Assembly: GCA_035390665.1 (NCBI GenBank)
Contig: DAOOUC010000001.1
Location: forward strand, 60,001-92,000
Direction of reading: 5' to 3'
Origin: an archaeon
GTDB lineage: Archaea; Iainarchaeota; Iainarchaeia; Iainarchaeales; CSSED10-239
Length of the DNA stretch: 32,000 nucleotides
The translations under genes and the position numbers were made by a program. Shown in pieces: positions 1 through 8,765 of the stretch (its first letter is position 1; each line of letters begins with the position of its first letter). Below the pieces are notes generated by a model. It ran no database searches. It was not told the origin of the DNA and was given only the letters and a program-made list of their open reading frames with translations.

Positions 1-1014
1 CTCGGAATTTTCTAAAAAAGAGGAAATTGTGGTTGTGCTTTTTAACTCTGGAATTTCTTGATTTGAAAAAATTTTATTTAATTCTTCTTTTAATTGACTA
101 ATGAAAACAAATTCGTTTTGAATTCTTATTGTTCTTTTTTTCGGGTGCACATTAATATCTAACGATTTAGAATCCAAATCAAAGAAAAGAACAAAAAATG
201 GTTTTTGCTGAATCATCAAATAATCTTTATATGCCTCGGCGATTTGCTTGTTTATTTGTGGACTAAAAACAGGTCTTTTATTTATATATAAAAAATTATT
301 TGGAAAATAAAAATAATTAGTTGGTTTACATAGAATACCTGATAATTTAAATATTTTATTTTCTATATTTAGTGTGATTGTTTTAGAGACTATGTCTTTA
401 CCAAAAACTTGAATATACCTGCCAACGCTTGTTGTTCTTGGAAAAATTTCATTTTTCTTTTCAGAAATAAATTGAAATTTAATGTCTGGATTTAATAATA
501 CAAATTCCAAAAAAGTATTGTAGATTTTTGAAAATTCAGTAAAAAGAGATCTTAAGAATTTCTTTCTTACCGGGATATTATAAAATAAATCTTTAACTAT
601 TATTGTTGTGCCTCTAGAAAAAGGTATTTCTTTTATTGAATTATTTTCTAAAATATACCCTATTCCATCTTCATTATCAGAACTTTGTATTTTTAATTTA
701 CTTACTGTGTTAATACTTGATAATGCTTCTCCTCTAAATCCAAAAGTTTCTATTGAATAAAGATCATCTATTTTTTCTAATTTGCTTGTCGCATGTCTTT
801 CTATTGTTAATGGTAAATCTTCTTTAGATATGCCTGTTCCATCATCCTTTATTTCAATTAAATCTATTCCTGAATTCTTTATTGATAAAGTTATTGATTT
901 TGCTTTTGCATCAATTGCATTTTCAATTAATTCTTTGATTATGTCTGCAGGACACTCTATTACTTCTCCTGCACTAATTAAATTAATTGTTTCTTTTTCT
1001 AGTTTTTTTATCAT
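1..1014 (-). CDS. mutL: DNA mismatch repair protein MutL (N-terminal part; runs off the left window edge)
   Basis: Not in the ORF track. Minus-strand frame from ATG at 1014-1012 stays open to position 1: MIKKLEKETINLISAGEVIECPADIIKELIENAIDAKAKSI...IKDDGTGISKEDLPLTIERHATSKLEKIDDLYSIETFGFRGEALSSI... and later SLDINVHPKKRTIRI. These are GHKL ATPase/MutL motifs. Confidence 0.93.
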   Translation of the reverse strand, partial: MIKKLEKETINLISAGEVIECPADIIKELIENAIDAKAKSITLSIKNSGIDLIEIKDDGTGISKEDLPLTIERHATSKLEKIDDLYSIETFGFRGEALSSINTVSKLKIQSSDNEDGIGYILENNSIKEIPFSRGTTIIVKDLFYNIPVRKKFLRSLFTEFSKIYNTFLEFVLLNPDIKFQFISEKKNEIFPRTTSVGRYIQVFGKDIVSKTITLNIENKIFKLSGILCKPTNYFYFPNNFLYINKRPVFSPQINKQIAEAYKDYLMIQQKPFFVLFFDLDSKSLDINVHPKKRTIRIQNEFVFISQLKEELNKIFSNQEIPELKSTTTISSFLENSE

Positions 1015-1020
1015 AATTTA

Positions 1021-3471
1021 TCAATCATCTTTTTGATTCAAGCTAGATTTTATTATTTTACCAGGGGTTTTAAGAAAAGAGTCATTTTCTAAATCCCTTT
1101 GAATTACCTGTGCTTTTTCTATTATTTCTTTGTTGATCCCTGCAAGCCTTGCAACCTGTAAACCGTAACTTTTGTTTATTCCGCCCTTTTGAAGCTTATG
1201 ATAGAAATGAAGAGAATCTCCTTCTTCTTTTGCAGTTACATGGAAATTATTTATTCCTGCATATATCTCTTCCATTTTGTTTAATATGTGATAGTGTGTT
1301 GCAACAAGAGATTTACATTGTGTTTTGTTATTTAGATAATCTACTATTGACCAGGCTATACTTATACCATCAAAAGTACTTGTTCCTCTTCCAACTTCAT
1401 CTAAAATTACAAGGCTGTTTTTTGTTGCATTATTAATAATATAAGCAACTTCTGACATCTCTACTAAAAACGTACTTTGCCCTCTTGAAATATCGTCTGA
1501 TGCTCCGATTCGTGTAAATATGCCGTCTATTTTTCCGATTTTGGCAAAAGACGCCGGTATAAAAGAACCAGTGTGTCCAAGAATTAGTGCAATACACACA
1601 CTTCGCATATAACTACTTTTGCCAGCCATATTTGGACCAGTAATAATCATTGTTCTATTATTAGAATCTAATACACAATCATTTGGTATAAATGAAGTTT
1701 GTTGCTCAATTAAAGGGTGCCTTAAATCTTTTAAGATTAATTCGTCAGTATGTGTGTGTTCTGGAGAGATATAATCGTATTGATTACCAATAAATGCAAA
1801 AGAAAAATATTCGTCTAAAGAGCCAAGTAATGTTGCTGTCTTTTTAATCTCTTCTTGATGAATTATTATTTGCTTACAAACGTCTGTAAAAATATTAAAT
1901 TCTAATTCTTCTCTTCTTTCTTTTGCGTGTAACACCATAGATTCTTTTTCACTTAATTCTTTGGTGGTGTATCTTTCACAATTAACTAAAGTTTGCTTTC
2001 TGTCAAGATAGTCAGGAATATTTGTTGTTTGAGCTTTTGGTATTTCTATGTAATATCCAAAAATTTTATTAAATTTTAACTTTATAGATTTAATATTTGT
2101 CTTTTGTTTTAATTCTGCTTCATATTCTAATAGCCAGGAATTTGTTGTTTTATTAATATTAACTAAATCAAAAAGCTCTTTAGAAAAACTTGGTTCAATA
2201 AAGCCCCCTTCTCTTACACTTATTGGCGGCTCATTAATAATTGCAGAATCAATTAATTCTACAACTGCATTTAAATTAGATAGGTTGTTTCTTATTTCTT
2301 GTAATTTAATTGATTCGGTTTCTTTTAATATTACTCTTAGGTTTGGAAGAACTTCCAGACTTTGTTTTAAAGCAATTAAATCTCTTGGATTTGCATTTCC
2401 AAATCCTATTTTACTTATGATCTTGTCTAAATCACCAATATAAGATAATTGCTGCTTTAATTCCTCAATAATAAACACATTTTCTTTAATTGCTTTTACT
2501 GCTTCATTAATTTTTATTATTTCTTCTTTGTTTGTTAATGGGTGCAATAAATCAAAATACAATTTTCTATAGCCCATTGCCGTTCTTGTTTCGTTAATTA
2601 AATCAAATAAACTATTTTTTTGTTGTTTATCTCTTATATTAGAAACAAGTTCTAAATTATTTACGGTCTTATTATCTAATCTTATAAATTTGTTAAGATT
2701 GTATTGTTTTATTTCAGAAATATATTTAAGATCAGAAAATTGCGTATCTTTAAGATATTTTAATGCATTATAAGAAGAAAGAATTATTTCATTTTTGTCT
2801 ACTAATCCAAAAGCAGCTAAAGATTTAGTATTGAAATGCTCTAATAATTTATTTGCGGATTGTGCAACATCTTGATTATCGGTGTAATTTATAATTACGT
2901 TTGGAATTGTTCTTTTAATATTTTCAATTATACTAAAATCATTTAAAATATTTTTAGATAAAATAATTTCTTTTGGTTTTATTAAAAGAAGCTCATTTAA
3001 TATTTCGTTAAAATTATCAAAAGAATTAATTTTGAATTCTCCTGTTGTTATATCTACTAGAGAAAAACCAAATAATTCTTTTAATTTAACAATAGAACAA
3101 AGATAATTATTTTCATAACTGTCTGTAAATAGTGTGCTTGGTGTGATTATTCTTGTTACTGCTCTTTTTACTAATCCTTTTGCAAGCTTTGGATCTTCTA
3201 TTTGTTCGCAGATAATTACTTTCTTCCCGTATTTTATTAATTTTGTAATATATGGATCAATAGAATGATATGGAATTCCTGCAAGCGGTGCTTCTGTTTC
3301 TCCTTTGCCTCTTTTTGTTAAAGTAATGTTTAATAATTGAGAAGCAATTTTAGCATCATCGTAGAACATCTCATAGAAATCCCCTGCTCTAAATAATAAT
3401 ATTCCATCTGGGTATTCTTTTTTAGTTTCCAGATATTGTTTCATCATTGGGGTTAGATTTTGTTTTTCCAT
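1021..3471 (-). CDS. mutS: DNA mismatch repair protein MutS (bacterial-type MutS1)
   Basis: MEKQNLTPMMKQYLETKKEYPDGILLFRAGDFYEMFYDDA (mismatch-binding FYE motif), TGPNMAGKSSYMRSV Walker A, DEVGRGTSTFDGISIAWS. The start is moved from 3525 to the internal Met because the extension overlaps tRNA-Phe. Confidence 0.95.
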   Translation of the reverse strand: MEKQNLTPMMKQYLETKKEYPDGILLFRAGDFYEMFYDDAKIASQLLNITLTKRGKGETEAPLAGIPYHSIDPYITKLIKYGKKVIICEQIEDPKLAKGLVKRAVTRIITPSTLFTDSYENNYLCSIVKLKELFGFSLVDITTGEFKINSFDNFNEILNELLLIKPKEIILSKNILNDFSIIENIKRTIPNVIINYTDNQDVAQSANKLLEHFNTKSLAAFGLVDKNEIILSSYNALKYLKDTQFSDLKYISEIKQYNLNKFIRLDNKTVNNLELVSNIRDKQQKNSLFDLINETRTAMGYRKLYFDLLHPLTNKEEIIKINEAVKAIKENVFIIEELKQQLSYIGDLDKIISKIGFGNANPRDLIALKQSLEVLPNLRVILKETESIKLQEIRNNLSNLNAVVELIDSAIINEPPISVREGGFIEPSFSKELFDLVNINKTTNSWLLEYEAELKQKTNIKSIKLKFNKIFGYYIEIPKAQTTNIPDYLDRKQTLVNCERYTTKELSEKESMVLHAKERREELEFNIFTDVCKQIIIHQEEIKKTATLLGSLDEYFSFAFIGNQYDYISPEHTHTDELILKDLRHPLIEQQTSFIPNDCVLDSNNRTMIITGPNMAGKSSYMRSVCIALILGHTGSFIPASFAKIGKIDGIFTRIGASDDISRGQSTFLVEMSEVAYIINNATKNSLVILDEVGRGTSTFDGISIAWSIVDYLNNKTQCKSLVATHYHILNKMEEIYAGINNFHVTAKEEGDSLHFYHKLQKGGINKSYGLQVARLAGINKEIIEKAQVIQRDLENDSFLKTPGKIIKSSLNQKDD

Positions 3472-3500
3472 CTGCTTTTCTCTTTGTTTAAAAAAAGTTA

Positions 3501-3574
3501 TGAGATCGGTGGGATTTGGACCCACGACACATAGGTCTTCAGCCTATTGCTCTCCCAGGCTGAGCTACGATCTC
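3501..3574 (-). tRNA. tRNA-Phe (anticodon GAA)
   Basis: GAGATCG-TA-GCTC..GAGC-A-ATAGG-CTGAAGA-CCTAT-GTGTC-GTGGG-TCCAAAT-CCCAC-CGATCTC-A folds as a full cloverleaf; no encoded CCA. Confidence 0.93.
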
Positions 3575-3586
3575 ATTAGAGAAATT

Positions 3587-3660
3587 TGAGCCCGATGGGA
3601 TTTGAACCCACGACACCAAGATTAAGAGTCTTGTGCTCTACCAAGCTGAGCTACGAGCCC
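3587..3660 (-). tRNA. tRNA-Lys (anticodon CTT)
   Basis: GGGCTCG-TA-GCTC..GAGC, anticodon arm CAAGA-CTCTTAA-TCTTG, T arm GTGGG-TTCAAAT-CCCAT, acceptor CGGGCTC-A (pairs using G-U). Confidence 0.93.
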
Positions 3661-3674
3661 AAACTACATTATTC

Positions 3675-3748
3675 TGAACCTGGAGGGATTTGAACCCTCG
3701 ACACCGGGATTAAAAGTCCCGTGCTCTACCAAGCTGAGCTACAGATCC
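3675..3748 (-). tRNA. tRNA-Lys (anticodon TTT)
   Basis: GGATCTG-TA-GCTC..GAGC, anticodon arm CGGGA-CTTTTAA-TCCCG, T arm GAGGG-TTCAAAT-CCCTC, acceptor CAGGTTC-A. Confidence 0.93.
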
Positions 3749-3810
3749 ATAATATTTTCTTTGGTCGAATAACAATAGCTTATTTAATTAAATAGGATAA
3801 TATAATATTT

Positions 3811-4353
3811 ATGACTCAAAATGTTTATAAACTTACTATCTTAAGATTAGATCACCGTCCTTTTAGAGATAAACGAATAACCACACATTGTGCTTTAGTT
3901 TCTAGGGCTTTTGGGGCTAAAAAATTTTATTTTTCTGGGGTTGAAGATAATACTATATTAGAAGTTTTAGAAAAAATTAAAGCAAAATGGGGCGGGGATT
4001 TTGAAATGGAATTTATTGAAGAACCTTTAGAATTTGTTAAAAGTTTTAAAGAAAACAACGGAGTTGTTATACATTTGACAATGTATGGTAAAAATATTGT
4101 TGATGAAATAGAATCTATTAAAAAAATCACAAATAAAGAAATATTATTAATTGTCGGTGGTTCTAAGGTTCCAAAAGAATACTATGAACTTGCAGATTAT
4201 AATGTGGCTATTGGAAATCAACCACACAGTGAAGTTTCTGCTCTTGGTATAATCTTATATATGCTTGATAATAATTGTCTTATAAAAGAATTCAAAGATA
4301 CTAAGATTAAAATAATTCCAAGTAACACTTATAAAAAAGTAATTAATTTATAA
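3811..4353 (+). CDS. trm56: tRNA (cytidine-2'-O)-methyltransferase, archaeal Trm56 family
   Basis: LRLDHRPFRDKRITTHCALVSRAFGAKKFYFSG ... LTMYGKNIVDEI ... ILLIVGGSKVPKEYYELADYNVAIGNQPHSEVSALGIILYML: aTrm56 SPOUT family motifs. Confidence 0.9.
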   Translation: MTQNVYKLTILRLDHRPFRDKRITTHCALVSRAFGAKKFYFSGVEDNTILEVLEKIKAKWGGDFEMEFIEEPLEFVKSFKENNGVVIHLTMYGKNIVDEIESIKKITNKEILLIVGGSKVPKEYYELADYNVAIGNQPHSEVSALGIILYMLDNNCLIKEFKDTKIKIIPSNTYKKVINL

Positions 4354-4408
4354 GTAGTTTGGTACTTAATTATATTATAATTCTAATTTCTGAAAAGAGG
4401 GGTAAACT

Positions 4409-4987
4409 GTGAGTCTTAATAAATTAAAAAAAGAAATACTACTTGATAAAACAACAAAACAGCATTTAGAACAAATCGCTGGTCCTTTGGCTCCAGAAAT
4501 TATTAAAATATATGATGCTGAAAAAACATTTTCCCCAGAAGAAATTGCTGCTAAATTAAAAAAAAAAATTACAAATATTAGATCTACATTAAATAGCCTA
4601 CATTACAGAGGAATTGCTTGTTATAAGAAAGTTAGAAATCAAAATAATATGTTTGAGTTTTATTGGGAAATAAAGTTCAAAAAAATCATAGAAATTATTA
4701 TTGAAAGTGAATTAGAAACCTTAAAACAATTAGATGAACAAATAAATCAACAACAAGGAAGAGATTATTTCTTTTGCCCTAAAAAATGCATAGAAGCTCC
4801 TTTTGAAGTAGCTGCTGCTTATAATTTTAGGTGCCCTAATTGTGATAAACCGCTTGAGATGCAAGATTCTAAAAAATCAAATGAACAACTTAAGAAAAAG
4901 AAGACGCAAATTACTAAAACCGTAAAAAGATTACAAGAAATACTTGGTAAAATTGAAGACAAAACCACAGGATATATCTGCGATTAA
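4409..4987 (+). CDS. tfe: Transcription factor E (TFIIE-alpha homolog), winged helix plus zinc ribbon
   Basis: GTG start behind a GAGGGG Shine-Dalgarno-like tract; FSPEEIAAKLKKKITNIRSTLNSLHYRGIACYKKVRN...FEFYWEI, then a Cys-pair zinc region (FFCPKKC...FRCPNCDKPL). Confidence 0.88.
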   Translation: MSLNKLKKEILLDKTTKQHLEQIAGPLAPEIIKIYDAEKTFSPEEIAAKLKKKITNIRSTLNSLHYRGIACYKKVRNQNNMFEFYWEIKFKKIIEIIIESELETLKQLDEQINQQQGRDYFFCPKKCIEAPFEVAAAYNFRCPNCDKPLEMQDSKKSNEQLKKKKTQITKTVKRLQEILGKIEDKTTGYICD

Positions 4988-5115
4988 AATTTTCTTTTTT
5001 TATTTTAATGAATACATTTTATTTATATAAGTTTTGTATTATATATATATTATAACCTTCAAGAATTTCTTTATTTAAAATTACATAATTAATTTATTTT
5101 ATATAAAAAAATAAT

Positions 5116-5190
5116 AGCGGGGTGGGGCAGTCTGGAGTGCCCGTCGGGCTCATAACCCGAAGGTCGATGGTTCAAATCCATCCTCCGCTA
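5116..5190 (+). tRNA. Initiator tRNA-Met (anticodon CAT)
   Basis: AGCGGGG...GTCGGG-CTCATAA-CCCGA...GATGG-TTCAAAT-CCATC-CTCCGCT-A. The A1-U72 end and the GGG/CCC anticodon stem are archaeal initiator features. Confidence 0.93.
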
Positions 5191-5429
5191 TTTTCTAATT
5201 TCTTAAAATTATTATTCTATAAATTGATTATTTCTATTAAAAAATATTTGATGAAAAACACTAAATCTTGGACAAATTTAGATAATAATTCGAGGACTTA
5301 AATTTTAGTTAATATCCCTTAAAATTACTTTATTTTATAAATTAAGACATTTAATCTAATTAAAAACACAAATGGGGTTTTTTTACCTATTAAATTAAAA
5401 TTAAACAGATTTAATTGCTTTTTTATCTG

Positions 5430-5625
5430 GTAATTACTAAAAATTAATGGTAATTACTACTAATTTTTTACGTAATTACTTATATAAAAATTTAGTTTAT
5501 ACATAATAATAATTATAATATGTCTTATAAAAATAATCTCTACATAGTAATTACTGTAATGACCAAAACAAGGCAATTATAATTACTGTAATTACCAATC
5601 TATTTATAATAATTACGGTAATTAC
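5430..5625. repeat. Array of GTAATTAC-type palindromic boxes (candidate iterons or operator)
   Basis: GTAATTAC at 5430-5437, 5450-5457, 5472-5479, 5547-5554, 5588-5595 and 5618-5625. Half or variant boxes at 5556-5563 (GTAATGAC), 5579-5586 and 5609-5616 (ATAATTAC). Confidence 0.75.
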
Positions 5626-5636
5626 TATATTATAGT

Positions 5637-6182
5637 ATGAGCAATCTATTTACCAAATTATTATCTAAATTAGGAATAATTAAAGACAAAAAAAAAGATA
5701 ATAATTATACAAAAACTTATGAAGAAACTATTAAACAAAATGATAATCATACAAATAATTTAACCAATCTAAAATACAATTACGAAAACAATCAAACACA
5801 GTCTAATCAGAAAATAATAGAACAACAACCCACATTAAATTATAATCAAAATATAAATTCTAAAATTGAAATTAAAGAAACAACAAAGATTTATGACATA
5901 ACGAGAATTGATAAAACAAAAATAAATACTATTTGGGATATAATAAAAGCAAAAGAAAATACACAAGCAGAACACATATTAAATTGTCTCCCTGAAGATC
6001 AATGGATTGATATGGAAGAATTAAAACAAAGAATTAAACTTCAATATAATATAGAATACCAAAATGAGAAAAGTTTATATCCTTACATAAAAACATTAAC
6101 TGATATTAATCTTATAAAACTAAATAATGCAGGAAAGAAAAGAACTTGGAAGAAAAATATTATTTTGATTGAAAAAGAATAA
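5637..6182 (+). CDS. Hypothetical protein, possible winged-helix C-terminal domain
   Basis: 181-aa ORF with ATG 11 nt after the last GTAATTAC box. Low-complexity Asn/Gln-rich middle; C-terminal segment QWIDMEELKQRIKLQYNIEYQNEKSLYPYIKTLTDINLIKLNNAGKKRTWKKN reads like a wHTH. Confidence 0.6.
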   Translation: MSNLFTKLLSKLGIIKDKKKDNNYTKTYEETIKQNDNHTNNLTNLKYNYENNQTQSNQKIIEQQPTLNYNQNINSKIEIKETTKIYDITRIDKTKINTIWDIIKAKENTQAEHILNCLPEDQWIDMEELKQRIKLQYNIEYQNEKSLYPYIKTLTDINLIKLNNAGKKRTWKKNIILIEKE

Positions 6183-6198
6183 TTTATTAATTAAAAAA

Positions 6199-6900
6199 TT
6201 AGATGATATTTTCTTTTTCATCTTGTTTGATTTCTTCTTGTTCTTTTATACTGTTATTAACTATAATTGTATTAACATTATTTGGATTCTTAATATTATT
6301 AAATTTATCCTTAATAATATTTATTTTATTTATAAAATCTAAAATTAATTCAGATTTATTTTTGCATTTAACAAACCAATCACTTGAAATAATATTATTT
6401 AATTTATTTATTAAATTATCTTTATTTGCTTTTTTGTATTTAGATAAATATTCTACATCATTAATAATTAAATCTAATTCATTAATTAATTTATTATTAT
6501 TACCATCTATAGAAATAATATAATAATTATTAATAAAATCTTCAATACATTTAATTATTTCAATATCATTTATTTCAACTTTATCTATTGTATACTCTAT
6601 AGAATAATCTCCTTTTTCTCTAAAATTATGAGTTGTACTTTTACCTGTATTAAAAAAATTAATTAATTTGTGCTCTGTATTAATTGGAAGAATTAAACAA
6701 TTCTTACCTGGTCTTAAATAAGGTAAATCTTCTATTACCCCTTTTCTATGATATTGATATACTTGCTTATTCTTTTTTGTAACATTTTGAGTGTACCCAT
6801 AAATAGATCTAAAGACTTTTTGATAAAGATAAGAACTATGTTTTATATTATTATTAAATATAAACTTATATTTTATATAATTAGATATAATTTTATCCAT
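6199..6900 (-). CDS. Hypothetical protein
   Basis: 233-aa ORF convergent with 5637..6182. Basic/aromatic N-terminus (SYLYQKVFRSIYGYTQNVTKKNKQVYQYHRKGVIEDLPYLRPGKNCLILP); no family recognised. Confidence 0.6.
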   Translation of the reverse strand: MDKIISNYIKYKFIFNNNIKHSSYLYQKVFRSIYGYTQNVTKKNKQVYQYHRKGVIEDLPYLRPGKNCLILPINTEHKLINFFNTGKSTTHNFREKGDYSIEYTIDKVEINDIEIIKCIEDFINNYYIISIDGNNNKLINELDLIINDVEYLSKYKKANKDNLINKLNNIISSDWFVKCKNKSELILDFINKINIIKDKFNNIKNPNNVNTIIVNNSIKEQEEIKQDEKENII

Positions 6901-7135
6901 ATAGACACCCCATACTTCTTGTATTGATTATTATAATAATAATAAATAATAGTTATGTATAATATATAATATAATATATATATTAATTATTATATTATTA
7001 TTTAAATTTTACTTTAATTATAATTATGTATAATCTTTATTTAAAGCTTTCTATAAAAAAAGTTATAAACTATTACAAGAACTAAAGGGTATGTGTATTT
7101 AATTTAAATAAAAAAATAGAAAAAGAAAAATTTAT

Positions 7136-7501
7136 TTATCTTCTTCCTGCTGTTGAATATTTACTTTTATATCCAATATATTTCTTTCTAATCTTTGAAT
7201 CGTAGCTGTTGTCTGGTTCATCTGAAACAGGTTCTCTAACTACTTCCCTTTCAGCTACTGGAACATTACCTGAGTTAATTAAGATAATATCATCAACTGA
7301 TATAACCTTCTTATAAGGTATACTATGTTCTGTCATTATTTTTTTAGCTTCTTTCTTTGAACTTACTTTTAATGGTTGAGTTGTAATAGTTTCAATTATA
7401 CCTGATTCTAAGTTAACAACTAAATCATAAACCTTGCCTCTATAAGTTGCATTTGTTTCGTATAAGTCCATACCGAAAAGTTTTGATATTCTCATTGTCA
7501 T
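7136..7501 (-). CDS. PRC-barrel domain protein
   Basis: MRISKLFGMDLYETNATYRGKVYDLVVNLESGIIETITTQPL is the typical PRC-barrel N-terminus. ATG may be the internal one (MRIS..). Confidence 0.75.
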   Translation of the reverse strand: MTMRISKLFGMDLYETNATYRGKVYDLVVNLESGIIETITTQPLKVSSKKEAKKIMTEHSIPYKKVISVDDIILINSGNVPVAEREVVREPVSDEPDNSYDSKIRKKYIGYKSKYSTAGRR

Positions 7502-7666
7502 GTTTAATCTTTCCTCCGAATATTAAATATTATTTTAAGTATACTAAAAGGTTATACAAAGGGTTTATATATGTTACTATTTAAATAAGTAAATTTTAAG
7601 TTATTTTAAGTTGTTTTTTCAAACCACAGAAATATGTGAATACAGGAAGTGTAGGGGTATAAATCT

Positions 7667-8521
7667 CTATTTATTAATATTATCTAAAGGATTTACAATT
7701 TCTTTAAGTTTGTTGGTATTAACCTTTGTATATATTTGAGTAGTATTAAGATTTGCGTGTCCCAAAAGTTGTTGAATATATCTAATATTAACGTCATTTT
7801 CTAAAAGACTTGTTGCAAATGAATGCCTAAGCTTATGTGGGCTAATCTTTTTTGTAATTCCTGCTTTACTTGCAGAAATTTTTAAAAATTTTTGAATAGT
7901 ATCAACTGATAATGCTTTACCACTATCAGAGCAAAATAAATATTCTGATTTAATTTTTTTTCCTCTTTCTTCTAAATATTTTTTATAATCTTCTACCCAT
8001 TTTTTAGATAATATAATTATTCTATCTTTATTTCCTTTTCCACCAATAACATTTCCTGTGTGTTCTTCAAAATTAAGATCAGTAATCTTCATATTTACAC
8101 ATTCCGATACTCTAACACCAGTAGAGAACATGAATTCTATTATTAGTTTATTTCTATAATTAGCAGTATTTTCAATTAAATCAACAATTTCTTTAGGTGT
8201 TAAAACAATAGGAATTTTCTTAGCTTTCTTTGGTAATTTAATATCTATAATTAAATTTAATTTTAAAAATTCTTTATAAAAATGTTTAATAGCAGAAAGT
8301 ACAAGATTCATTGTAGCGGAACCTGATTTTTTCTCTTGCTTTAAATAAGATAGAAATGAAACAACATCATCAGAATTAACTTCTTTTAAATCTTTTTTAA
8401 CATGTTCTGAAAATATATTTAAATAAATTAAGTAAGTTTCAATTGTTTTTTGACTATAACCTACAATATTTAGTTCATTTTCGAATTTTTTAAGAAGTTC
8501 TTTGTTTTTTTCTTCTATCAT
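7667..8521 (-). CDS. xerA: Tyrosine recombinase, archaeal XerA/XerC-D type
   Basis: N-terminal SAM-like domain, EFMFSTGVRVSECVNMKITDL, SPHKLRHSFATSLLENDVNIRYIQQLLGHANLNTTQIYTKV (catalytic R, HxxR, H, Y). Confidence 0.9.
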   Translation of the reverse strand: MIEEKNKELLKKFENELNIVGYSQKTIETYLIYLNIFSEHVKKDLKEVNSDDVVSFLSYLKQEKKSGSATMNLVLSAIKHFYKEFLKLNLIIDIKLPKKAKKIPIVLTPKEIVDLIENTANYRNKLIIEFMFSTGVRVSECVNMKITDLNFEEHTGNVIGGKGNKDRIIILSKKWVEDYKKYLEERGKKIKSEYLFCSDSGKALSVDTIQKFLKISASKAGITKKISPHKLRHSFATSLLENDVNIRYIQQLLGHANLNTTQIYTKVNTNKLKEIVNPLDNINK

Positions 8522-8765
8522 ACTAATAAAAATTATAAGAAATTATTAAAAAAGGAGCACATTATGCCGAATTCAAATTTATGTATAAATTTACAATGTA
8601 AAATATATCTGATGATTTGTTTCACAATCTAAACTAATAGTTAAAAAAATATCCTTTAGATTCAGATTTTATCTAACTTTAGAGACAAAACCGATTGCCT
8701 TTATAAACATAATGACCTTTAGTAGTATTACTTTTTTTAAAATAAAATTATCAAAGGTTTTATCA

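Noticed and set aside
782-1036. Plus-strand ORFs 782..1036 and 1149..1436
   Set aside because: Shadow ORFs opposite mutL and mutS.
3472-3525. N-terminal extension of the MutS ORF (MGPNPTDLITFFKQREKQ)
   Set aside because: It reads into the antisense of the tRNA-Phe T arm/acceptor; the canonical MutS start is at 3471.
5430-5625. CRISPR array
   Set aside because: The repeats are 8-nt palindromic boxes with very short irregular spacing, not 24-37-nt repeats with uniform unique spacers; no cas genes seen anywhere in the window.
7521-7666. dif-like site next to the Xer recombinase
   Set aside because: No convincing 11-6-11 inverted-arm motif could be recognised by eye.
5171-8700. tRNA-iMet attL/attR pair bounding an integrated element
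   Set aside because: No copy of the tRNA 3' end (TTCAAATCCATCCTCCGCTA) noticed near the recombinase or its right flank; recorded only as a possibility.
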